Assembly: GCA_963665125.2 (NCBI GenBank)
Contig: CAXXUK010000001.1
Span: forward strand, 768,001-832,000
DNA: 64,000 bases
Reading direction: 5' to 3'
From: an uncultured Desulfarculus sp.
GTDB lineage: Bacteria; Desulfobacterota; Desulfarculia; Desulfarculales; Desulfarculaceae
How positions within the stretch are numbered: position 1 is the first letter of the stretch; each line of letters begins with the position of its first letter. The translations under genes and the position numbers were made by a program. Of this stretch, positions 1-8,037 are shown in pieces. A model generated the notes under the pieces. The model did not search any database, was not told the origin of the DNA, and saw only the letters and a program-made list of their open reading frames with translations.

Positions 1-2
1 CC

Positions 3-1514
3 CAGGCCGGAGAGCTGCTGCTGGACGCCTCGGGCAGCCGCTGGTTCGCCGCCCGCAAGCGGCCCCAGCGCCTGGTGGACCTGCGGGGCGCTGGCGAGAG
101 CTTCACCATCGTCGACCCCGGCGGCAAGGTCATCGGCACCATCGACGGGGTGCGCGTGTTCAAGGAAGGCCATCCTGGGGCCATCTACCTGCACCGCACC
201 AAATCCTACGAGGTCGTCGACCTGGACATTCCCGAGCGTAGGGTCACGGCCCGGCTGCACAGCGTGGACTACTACACCCGCACCCGCTCGGAAAAAGAGA
301 CCGAGATCATCCAAGAGACGGGCCGCCGGCCGGTGGCCAATTTCCTGGTGCGCCAGGGCAGGCTCAAGGTCACCGAGACCATCACCGGCTACGAGCGGCG
401 CAGGCTCTCGGGCCAGGATCTCCTGGGCGTCTACGGCCTTGACCTGCCGCCCCAGACATTCGAGACCCACGGCCTGTGGATCGACATCGAGGACGCGGTG
501 CGCCAAAAGGTGGAGCGGGCGGGCCGCCATTTCATGGGCTCCATCCATGCCCTGGAGCACGCGGCCATTGCCATGTTCCCGCTTTTCGCCCTGTGCGACC
601 GGGGCGATATCGGCGGCATATCCATCCCCCTGCACCCCCAGACCGGCAAGGCGGCGGTGTTCATCTATGACGGCGTGGCCGGGGGCGTGGGCCTGGCCGA
701 GCGGGGCTTCGAGATCATCGAGGAGCTGTTGCAAAAGGTCGCGGATCTGCTGGAACAATGCCCCTGCGAGGAGGGCTGCCCGGCCTGCGTGTATTCGCCC
801 AAGTGCGGCTCGGGCAACAAACCCCTGGACAAGGCCGGGGCCCTGTTGCTGACTCGTACGTTGTTGGGCCTGGAAAGCCTGGAAGCGGCTGCCGCGCCCG
901 CCCCGCCGCCCCAGGTCATCGCTGGACCCAGGGCCGTGAGCCCCAACGGGGCCATGCGCTACGGCGTGCTGGACCTGGAAACCCAGCGACTGGCCAGCGA
1001 AGTGGGCGGCTGGAACAATACGCACCTGATGAAGGTCAGCGTGGCCGTGCTTTATGACAGCAAGACCGATAAATACGAGGCATACGAAGAAAAACAATTG
1101 CACCATCTGCTCAAGCGCATGGCCGAGTTGGAACTGATAATCGGTTTTAATATCCTGGGCTTTGACTACGGCGTGCTTGGAGCCTACAGCACCGGTGATT
1201 TGCAGCGCCTACCCACCCTGGACATGCTGGCCGACCTGCATCAGACCCTTGGCCACCGGATCAGCTTGCAGGCCCTGGGCGAGGCCACCCTGGACGCGGG
1301 CAAGAGCGCCGACGGACTACAGGCCGTGGAATGGTGGCGTCAGGGCAACATGGCCGATCTCACGGCCTATTGCCAAAAGGATGTGGAGTTGACCAGGGAC
1401 CTGTTCCTCTACGGCCAAAAGGAGGGCCACCTGCTTTTCGAGCGCAAGAAACAGGGCATACTGCGCGCCCCTGTTGAGTGGCAGTGGGAAACCCTGCGGG
1501 AGAGATTCAAGTGA
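3..1514 (+). CDS. DEAD/DEAH-box helicase (MrfA/YprA-like, DUF1998 zinc domain) fused to a C-terminal DEDD/RNase H-like exonuclease; 5' truncated by the window edge
   Basis: Frame is open from position 3. DUF1998 motifs: HALEHA, FIYDGVAGGVG, CPCEEGCPACVYSPKC. Exonuclease motifs: VLDLETQ, GFNILGFD, YCQKDV. Confidence 0.85.
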   Translation, partial: QAGELLLDASGSRWFAARKRPQRLVDLRGAGESFTIVDPGGKVIGTIDGVRVFKEGHPGAIYLHRTKSYEVVDLDIPERRVTARLHSVDYYTRTRSEKETEIIQETGRRPVANFLVRQGRLKVTETITGYERRRLSGQDLLGVYGLDLPPQTFETHGLWIDIEDAVRQKVERAGRHFMGSIHALEHAAIAMFPLFALCDRGDIGGISIPLHPQTGKAAVFIYDGVAGGVGLAERGFEIIEELLQKVADLLEQCPCEEGCPACVYSPKCGSGNKPLDKAGALLLTRTLLGLESLEAAAAPAPPPQVIAGPRAVSPNGAMRYGVLDLETQRLASEVGGWNNTHLMKVSVAVLYDSKTDKYEAYEEKQLHHLLKRMAELELIIGFNILGFDYGVLGAYSTGDLQRLPTLDMLADLHQTLGHRISLQALGEATLDAGKSADGLQAVEWWRQGNMADLTAYCQKDVELTRDLFLYGQKEGHLLFERKKQGILRAPVEWQWETLRERFK

Positions 1515-2389
1515 GACGCATACCCGGCCCGGAATGCACCGCCTGCCTGAGCCGCCTGGTGGCTGCCACCCTGAACGGATGCGGCCAAAACGGCCCAGCG
1601 CCCGGTGAGCTTGCCCAAGACATGGACAAGATCGTGGCCCACGGCTTGGCCGCGGGGGAAACGCCCGCCGTCATAGCCACCCGCTTTCTGGCCCTGGCCC
1701 GGCGGCACAGCGGCATTGACGACCCGTTCGCCGCCAAGAAGGACCACGATTTCGCGGCGGCGGCCAAGGCGGCCGAGGCCCTGGGCGATCTGCCCGACAC
1801 CCTGGCGGCCAGGGTCAAGGCGGCCATCCTGGGCAATGCCTTTGATCATTTTTTTATCGCCAATCAGGCTGAAATATGGGGCCGGGGCCTGGATCTGGAC
1901 ATGGGCGTGGACGATCTGGCCCAGGTTGAAGAACTGCTGGCGCCCGGGGCCCTGGTGGCAATATTATCCGACAATTGCGGCGAGCAGTCCTTTGACCGGT
2001 TTTTGGTGGAACATCTGGAAGGCCGGGACTGCCGGGTGGCTTATGTGGTCAAGTCCGGCCCGGCCCAAAATGATCTGACCCTGGACGATCTTCGACAGCG
2101 GCGGCAGGGCCACGGCTTGGGTATGGTCATCGGCAGCGGCACCGAGCAGGTGGGCCTGGACCCGACCGACACACCCGGCGAATTGGGCCGTTTTCTGGAT
2201 GCCTGCGACCTGGTCATCGCCAAGGGTATGGGCCACTTCGAGACCATGGGGCCCCAGGCGGGGCTATGGCCCGGCGGAAGGGTGCGCTGGCCGCTGTTGA
2301 TGCTTTTTTTAGCCAAGTGCGAGCCCGTGGCCCGCAGCCTGGGCCTGGAGCCGGGCCAAGGCGTGGCCAGGTTTATCCCGGCCGGTTGA
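1511..2389 (+). CDS. DUF89/ARMT1-like damage-control phosphatase
   Basis: GTG overlaps the upstream stop (GTGA). Motifs ECTAC, GNAFD, DNCGE, NDLT, KGMGHFE, LAKC. Confidence 0.75.
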   Translation: MRRIPGPECTACLSRLVAATLNGCGQNGPAPGELAQDMDKIVAHGLAAGETPAVIATRFLALARRHSGIDDPFAAKKDHDFAAAAKAAEALGDLPDTLAARVKAAILGNAFDHFFIANQAEIWGRGLDLDMGVDDLAQVEELLAPGALVAILSDNCGEQSFDRFLVEHLEGRDCRVAYVVKSGPAQNDLTLDDLRQRRQGHGLGMVIGSGTEQVGLDPTDTPGELGRFLDACDLVIAKGMGHFETMGPQAGLWPGGRVRWPLLMLFLAKCEPVARSLGLEPGQGVARFIPAG

Positions 2390-2421
2390 CATATGTAACG
2401 ACAACGGGCTACACCAGATAA

Positions 2422-3621
2422 ATGAGCGGAAAAATCATGCGAAAAATTCTGGCGGTTATTTTTGTATGCCTTCTGGGCCTGGCGGCAGCGTGTTCATCCA
2501 CGCCCACTCCGGTGATCATCGGGCCGGAAAACGCCCTTGAGCTGGTGCACCCCGATGAATGGCCGGTCTTCACCGATGATTTGGACTCGGAGAGTCTGGT
2601 GCTGGCCTGCGACTCAGCCCTGGGCTATCTCCAAAAAATGCCGCCCGAACGTCTTTTCAATTTTGGCGGCGCGCACTTTACCGCCGCGGAGCTGATCGCA
2701 GCCCTGGAACGCCAGAAAGACATGCTGGTGCGCTACCCAGATCCGGTTGACCGCACCCAGGCTCTGAAACGGGAGTTCAACCTCTACAAGTCACGGGGCT
2801 CCGACGGCTTGGGCCGGGTCTTGTTCACCGGCTATTACGAGCCCATGCTGGAGGCCCGCCACCAGCCCGACGCCAAATTCGACCAGCCTGTCTACGGCCT
2901 GCCGGAAAACCTGCTGACCATTGACTTGCAGGATTTCAGCGAGTTGTTGCCCGATAAAAAGCTTGTCTGCATGGTCGAGGGCAAGAAGGTCGTACCGTAT
3001 TACGACCGCGAGGACATCGACTTCGAGGGCCAACTCAAGGACAAGGCCCCGGTGCTGGGCTATGTGGACGAGATGGTAGAGTCGTTTTTTTTGCAGATCC
3101 AGGGCTCGGGCCAGTTGCAGTTTGAAGACGGCAGCCGTCTGCGGGTGGGTTATGCCGGGGCCAACGGGCACCCCTACCGCTCCATCGGCCGTCTGCTCCT
3201 GGACGAGGGCCTGATGCAGCCGGGCGAAATGTCCATGCAGGGCATATTGAAGTTTTTGGACGAAAACCCGCAGCATATGCGACGCGTGCTGTCGCACAAC
3301 CCGTCATATGTTTTCTTCCGGCCCCTGGACACCGAGGGCGGGCCCCTGGGCTGCTACAACGCCCCGGTCAATGGAGGCAGGGCCATTGCCACCGACCGCC
3401 GGTTTTTCACGGCTCCGGCCATGGCCTATATCGAGACGGAGATACCGGCCGCCGAAGACCAAGTGCGGCCCGCCGCGCGTTTCGTGGTCAACCTGGACAC
3501 CGGCGGGGCCATTAGGGGAGCGGGCAGGGTTGATCTGTTCTTTGGCACCGGCGACGAGGCCGGGCGCATGGCCGGGCACATGAAATACGAAGGCAGGCTG
3601 TATTTCCTTTTGCCCAAATAA
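2422..3621 (+). CDS. mltA: Membrane-bound lytic murein transglycosylase A (lipoprotein)
   Basis: Lipobox LAAAC; motifs FTGYYEP, FLQIQGSG, NPSYVFF, DTGGAIRG..RVDLFFG. Confidence 0.9.
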   Translation: MSGKIMRKILAVIFVCLLGLAAACSSTPTPVIIGPENALELVHPDEWPVFTDDLDSESLVLACDSALGYLQKMPPERLFNFGGAHFTAAELIAALERQKDMLVRYPDPVDRTQALKREFNLYKSRGSDGLGRVLFTGYYEPMLEARHQPDAKFDQPVYGLPENLLTIDLQDFSELLPDKKLVCMVEGKKVVPYYDREDIDFEGQLKDKAPVLGYVDEMVESFFLQIQGSGQLQFEDGSRLRVGYAGANGHPYRSIGRLLLDEGLMQPGEMSMQGILKFLDENPQHMRRVLSHNPSYVFFRPLDTEGGPLGCYNAPVNGGRAIATDRRFFTAPAMAYIETEIPAAEDQVRPAARFVVNLDTGGAIRGAGRVDLFFGTGDEAGRMAGHMKYEGRLYFLLPK

Positions 3622-3633
3622 GGAGTGCGGACC

Positions 3634-4164
3634 ATGTACGCGGAAAAGAGCATCGGCAAGACCAAACTGAGTCTGACCGAGGGCGACATCACCGGACAGA
3701 AGGTCGACGCCATTGTCAACGCGGCCAACAGCAGGCTGGACGGCGGCGGCGGGGTGGACGGCGCGATCCACCGGGCGGGCGGCCCGACGATCATGGAGCA
3801 GTGCCGCAAAATCGGCGGCTGCCCCACGGGCCAGGCCGTGATCACCACCGGCGGCAATCTGCCGGCAAAGTACGTCATTCACACAGTGGGGCCGATATAT
3901 CGGGGTACGGTTCGCGATGCCGAGTTGCTGGCCTCGTGCTACGGCCAATCGCTTGGCCTGGCCTCAACCAGGGGCCTGCGCACGGTGGCCTTTCCCAGCA
4001 TCTCCACCGGGGCCTACGGCTACCCCCTGGATGAGGCGGCCATGGTGGCCCTGCAAGCCGTTTCGGCGGTCATCGGTGCCAATCCCGAGGCCTTTGACGA
4101 GGTGAGGTTTGTCTTGTTCGGCAAAGCCGCCTTTGATGCTTACCAACTGGCGCTGAACAAATAA
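3634..4164 (+). CDS. Macrodomain O-acetyl-ADP-ribose deacetylase (YmdB-like)
   Basis: GDIT, IVNAAN, GGGGVDGAIHRAGG, HTVGP, FPSISTGAYG. RBS AGGAG precedes ATG 3634. Confidence 0.92.
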   Translation: MYAEKSIGKTKLSLTEGDITGQKVDAIVNAANSRLDGGGGVDGAIHRAGGPTIMEQCRKIGGCPTGQAVITTGGNLPAKYVIHTVGPIYRGTVRDAELLASCYGQSLGLASTRGLRTVAFPSISTGAYGYPLDEAAMVALQAVSAVIGANPEAFDEVRFVLFGKAAFDAYQLALNK

Positions 4165-4184
4165 TTGTAGTTGGCCTGTTCAGT

Positions 4185-4200
4185 TGGCCTATAAGTTGCA
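4185..4200 (+). promoter_or_regulatory. Putative sigma54 (-24/-12) promoter
   Basis: TGGCCT-ATAAG-TTGCA with exact GG-N10-GC spacing; predicted +1 near 4211. Confidence 0.6.
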
Positions 4201-4210
4201 TTCACTATAT

Positions 4211-4296
4211 GCCAGGTTGCGTTTTGGAACGCTAATGTTCTCCCAACAGGGGCAGGCAGGGAGGACGGCAGTTCTGGAACGCAACCCGTCTTTTTA
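4211..4296 (+). ncRNA. Candidate sigma54-dependent small RNA
   Basis: Long hairpin 4215-4286 (GGTTGCGTTTTGGAAC...GTTCTGGAACGCAACC, inner GTTCTCCC/GGGAGGAC) followed by a T tract; no credible ORF. Confidence 0.45.
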
Positions 4297-4532
4297 GGGG
4301 TCGGCTTTAACTCGGCCATGGCCTAACTCAATGATTATAAAAGCCGATATAGCGGGCCCTGCTTTTCCGTGAAGGAATGAAAAGCGTGATGTCAACATCA
4401 GGGCAAGAAAATTATATGTTGACTTTGTCACCAAATCAGACCAGTGGACTAGACAAGCAAAACGGGTATTTATGCCCTATATTATCGGTAAAAAATGCCC
4501 TAAAAATAATTTAGCGCGATTTGTCGGTAAAA

Positions 4533-4949
4533 TTATACCGAAACTGCCGTGGGCGTGCGGCGTGACTCGCGCAGCAGCCGCCGAACAGTGTGGCGGAAAT
4601 CGTCGAGGCCCACCAATTTGTCAAGGAATTCAGCCGCGCCGGCTTCCCTGCAGCGGGTGGGCAGCCGCGGGTCACCGTGGGCGCTGAGCATGAGAATTGG
4701 CGTTTTAGGTGATTTGGGGCATGAAACGATGAATTCCTTGCAAAGGTCCAGACCATTTGCGTCCGGAAGCCGGACATCGATTATGAGCAGATCGGGATGC
4801 TGTGGGGTATCCGCCAGCCAGCAGCGAGCCAGATTGGCGGTTCCAACCGTTACAACTTGGATGTTGTCATCCATCAACACGCTTCGATATAACACCGATG
4901 TGTCGTTGTCGTCTTCAATAATAAGCACCAGGGGAAGTGCTTGTTTCAC
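4533..4949 (-). CDS. Single-domain response regulator (CheY-like)
   Basis: LIIEDD, LIIDVRLPDANG, PILMLSAH, FLDK; overlaps the kinase stop. Confidence 0.88.
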   Translation of the reverse strand: MKQALPLVLIIEDDNDTSVLYRSVLMDDNIQVVTVGTANLARCWLADTPQHPDLLIIDVRLPDANGLDLCKEFIVSCPKSPKTPILMLSAHGDPRLPTRCREAGAAEFLDKLVGLDDFRHTVRRLLRESRRTPTAVSV

Positions 4950-6412
4950 TGTAGAGCCTCCATGGTGACCGTGAAGGTGGTGCCTTTGCCGATTTCACTG
5001 TCCACGCTGATATCACCATTGTGAAGCTTCACGATTTCCTGGACAAGAGACAAACCAATACCCAATCCTTCCAGCCGTCCTGTGCCGGACAGGTTTGCCT
5101 GATAAAACCTGTTGAAAATATTTGCCATATGCTCTCTGGCTATGCCGACGCCGGAATCTTTGACCTGAAACACCGCTTTGCTGTTGTTTCTGCCAAGTGA
5201 GAGAAGGACCTCTCCACCGTCTTTGTTGTATTTGACGGCGTTCATAATCAGATTGTCCATCAGTTGGGCCATCTTCTCCATATGGCCCAGGACTTTTATT
5301 TCGGGCAGGGGCAGGGGGGCGAGATTGATGTCAATGTTGCGCTCCTGGGCCGCCGGTTTGAGGTTTTCGCATTCGGTTTGTAACAACAGGCCCAAGTCCA
5401 GCGGCGCCAGTACGTACTGATCCTTGTATCTGCTCAACCGGGCCAGATCCAGCAGGTTGTTGATCTGGTTTTCCAGCTTGAGCAAATTGCGCCAGCAAAC
5501 ATCCAAATGGTTTTTCGACTGGTCGCTCATGTCCTGGCCTCTGAGCAGCAACTGCAAAAAGCCCTTTAACGAGACCAGGGGAGTTTTCAACTCATGGCTT
5601 AGCGTGGTCAGGAATTCGTCTTTTATATTTTCCACACTGCGTATCTCCTCAAGAGCCGATTCCAGGGCCTTTGTCTTATTGATCAGTTCGTCGGCCAGCT
5701 TTTCGCGTTCGGTGACGTCTCGGAGGATCGCACCAAAAAACCAGGGTTGGCCCTGGGGGGTGAATTGAACGGAAACCGATACTTCAACCTTGACCATGCC
5801 GCCGGGGCCTTGGAAATGCCCCCTCAAAAGCTCCGCCGGATTGAGCATGGCCTTGTCCCAGCCTTCTTCAAGGAAGATGATGCTCTCCACCTTGCGGCCG
5901 ATTACCGCCGAACGCTTCAGCGACAAACCATCCAACAGCGCGGGGTTGATGTCGAGAATGCGCCGGCTCGCCGGTGCGATGGATAGAAACATGTCCGATG
6001 CGGCTTGGAAAAAGTGCTGATAATGGCTTTGTTGATCCGCAACGGTATCACGCAATATCTGCATGGCCAGGCCAAGGCGTCCCAGTTCGTCGCTTTGGTC
6101 GAAATGCCGCCAGTCGGTAACGAATTCGCCCAGGGCCATCCGGCGGCATGAGTCCAGCAGAACCTGCTCGTTTGCCTGAAGTTTGCGCCGCCATAGATGC
6201 CCACCGAACAAGGACCCGGCCAGGGCGGCCAGGAAAACCAGCACCATCCAAGGCAGGAACAAGGGCAATCCCTTGCCATGGAGCCAAGTGCCAAACCAGC
6301 CGTTCGAGGTTGGCCAGTCCGCAATGGCGTGTGCCGCCATGACTGCCGCTACTGGTACCGCGGTGCAAAACGCCAGCATCAGCAGCCGTTTATGGTCTGC
6401 CTTAATGTTCAT
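4946..6412 (-). CDS. Membrane sensor histidine kinase (HAMP/PAS, HisKA, HATPase)
   Basis: Two TM segments; SHELKTPL, NLIMNAVKY, DSGVGI, GLGIGL. Confidence 0.92.
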   Translation of the reverse strand: MNIKADHKRLLMLAFCTAVPVAAVMAAHAIADWPTSNGWFGTWLHGKGLPLFLPWMVLVFLAALAGSLFGGHLWRRKLQANEQVLLDSCRRMALGEFVTDWRHFDQSDELGRLGLAMQILRDTVADQQSHYQHFFQAASDMFLSIAPASRRILDINPALLDGLSLKRSAVIGRKVESIIFLEEGWDKAMLNPAELLRGHFQGPGGMVKVEVSVSVQFTPQGQPWFFGAILRDVTEREKLADELINKTKALESALEEIRSVENIKDEFLTTLSHELKTPLVSLKGFLQLLLRGQDMSDQSKNHLDVCWRNLLKLENQINNLLDLARLSRYKDQYVLAPLDLGLLLQTECENLKPAAQERNIDINLAPLPLPEIKVLGHMEKMAQLMDNLIMNAVKYNKDGGEVLLSLGRNNSKAVFQVKDSGVGIAREHMANIFNRFYQANLSGTGRLEGLGIGLSLVQEIVKLHNGDISVDSEIGKGTTFTVTMEALQ

Positions 6413-6558
6413 TGATTTCAGATTTTTCGTGATTGTTAAAAATTTGCCATATGAGAGTAGCCTTACATAAAAGTAATGTCAACTTGATCCATAAGCGCTT
6501 TTGTAACTATGGGCAAATGCGTGCTACTATCAAAACCATCACATGCTGGATGTCGATT

Positions 6559-8037
6559 ATGCACGTTCTATTCTTATCGCCGGAAGTTTGGCCGTTCTCC
6601 CATGTCGGGGGGTTGTCGGAAGTCTCCCACGACCTTCCGCTGGCACTGGGGCGAGCGGGCCATCAGGTCGCTGTCATTACCCCCGGTCTGAACATCAATG
6701 GCAATAGCAGCGAAGGATTGAAAAAGCTGGACATTGTCCTTGATGTGCCGGTTTCATACAGTGTCCAAAGGGCAAACGTGTATTTGCGTGAAATGGGTAA
6801 AGGTGTAAACGCCTACCTTATCGGCCATGAAAACATGTTTGACCGGGATGGCTTGTATGGCAACCAATTTGGAGATTACGAGGACAATGCCGAGAGGTTT
6901 GTCTTTTTTAGCAGGGCTTGCCTTGAACTGGCCAAGGCCATGGACTGGAAGGTAGATATAGTTCACGCCAATGACTGGACCACGGGGCTGGTTCCTCTTT
7001 ACATGCGGACCATTTACAAGGATACCGCCTGCCTGCGCAAGGCCGCCAGCGTATTCACCGTGCACAACATCGGCAAACAAGGTGTCTTTTGGCACTATGA
7101 CATGCCCCTGACCGGACTGGGGTGGGAATGCTTCACGCCGGAGTTGATCGAGTTTTATGGGAAGATCAATTTCCTGAAGGCCGGTCTCGTGGCCGCGGAC
7201 ATGATCACCACGGTTTCCGACACATACCTCAGGGATATCCTCACCCAAGACTTGGGTTTCGGACTCGAGGGGGTACTGAATTCCCGTAGAGACAGGCTCG
7301 TCGCCATCACCAACGGCGTTGATTTCAGTGTCTGGGATCCGGCCACGGATAAGCATCTGGCAGCCAACTATGATGCCGCCAATTTGGAAAATAAAAAGAT
7401 ATGCCAGACCGATGTCCGGCGTCACTTTGGCCTGGATATGGAAGGATCGCGGCCTGTTTTGGCGGTGTTGGGCAACCTCTTGGAACGCAAGGGCACCGAC
7501 TTGGTGGCCGGCAGCGCGGACGAAATTATCCAAATGGGGTTTGATCTGGTCGTGATGGGCTTCGGTGACAACCACTATCATGACCTGTTGGACGCCGCGG
7601 TGAAACGGCACCCGCAAAACATGGGACTTTGGCTTGGTTTCGAGACCGAACTCGCCCATAAGATTATCGCCGGCGCGGATATGATCCTCATGCCCAGCCG
7701 TTACGAGCCCTGCGGTTTGCACCAGATGCATGGCATGCGTTACGGCACCGTCCCCATAGTGCGGCGGACGGGTGGGTTGGCTGATACGGTTGCTGATTTC
7801 GATCAATCCGCAGATGGAAACGGGTTTGTTTTTGACCAGTATTCATCAGAGGCCATGTTGGCCGCATTGTCCCGGGCAAAAGACGTCTTCGCCGCGCCCG
7901 ATCGCTGGCGGGACTTGATTCTGCGGGGCATGAACAGCGATTTTTCATGGAATTCCGCAGTAGTAAACTATGATCAGGTCTACCGTAGAGCACTTGAACT
8001 GCGCAACAACGTTGAAGAGGCACCACGCCATGATTGA
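6559..8037 (+). CDS. glgA: Glycogen synthase (GT5) homologue with atypical active-site motifs
   Basis: DNAERF, HANDW, TVHN, TTVS, NGVD, PSRYEPCGL, TGGLADTV. KTGGL appears as HVGGL and SRLxxQKG as GNLLERKG. Confidence 0.85.
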   Translation: MHVLFLSPEVWPFSHVGGLSEVSHDLPLALGRAGHQVAVITPGLNINGNSSEGLKKLDIVLDVPVSYSVQRANVYLREMGKGVNAYLIGHENMFDRDGLYGNQFGDYEDNAERFVFFSRACLELAKAMDWKVDIVHANDWTTGLVPLYMRTIYKDTACLRKAASVFTVHNIGKQGVFWHYDMPLTGLGWECFTPELIEFYGKINFLKAGLVAADMITTVSDTYLRDILTQDLGFGLEGVLNSRRDRLVAITNGVDFSVWDPATDKHLAANYDAANLENKKICQTDVRRHFGLDMEGSRPVLAVLGNLLERKGTDLVAGSADEIIQMGFDLVVMGFGDNHYHDLLDAAVKRHPQNMGLWLGFETELAHKIIAGADMILMPSRYEPCGLHQMHGMRYGTVPIVRRTGGLADTVADFDQSADGNGFVFDQYSSEAMLAALSRAKDVFAAPDRWRDLILRGMNSDFSWNSAVVNYDQVYRRALELRNNVEEAPRHD

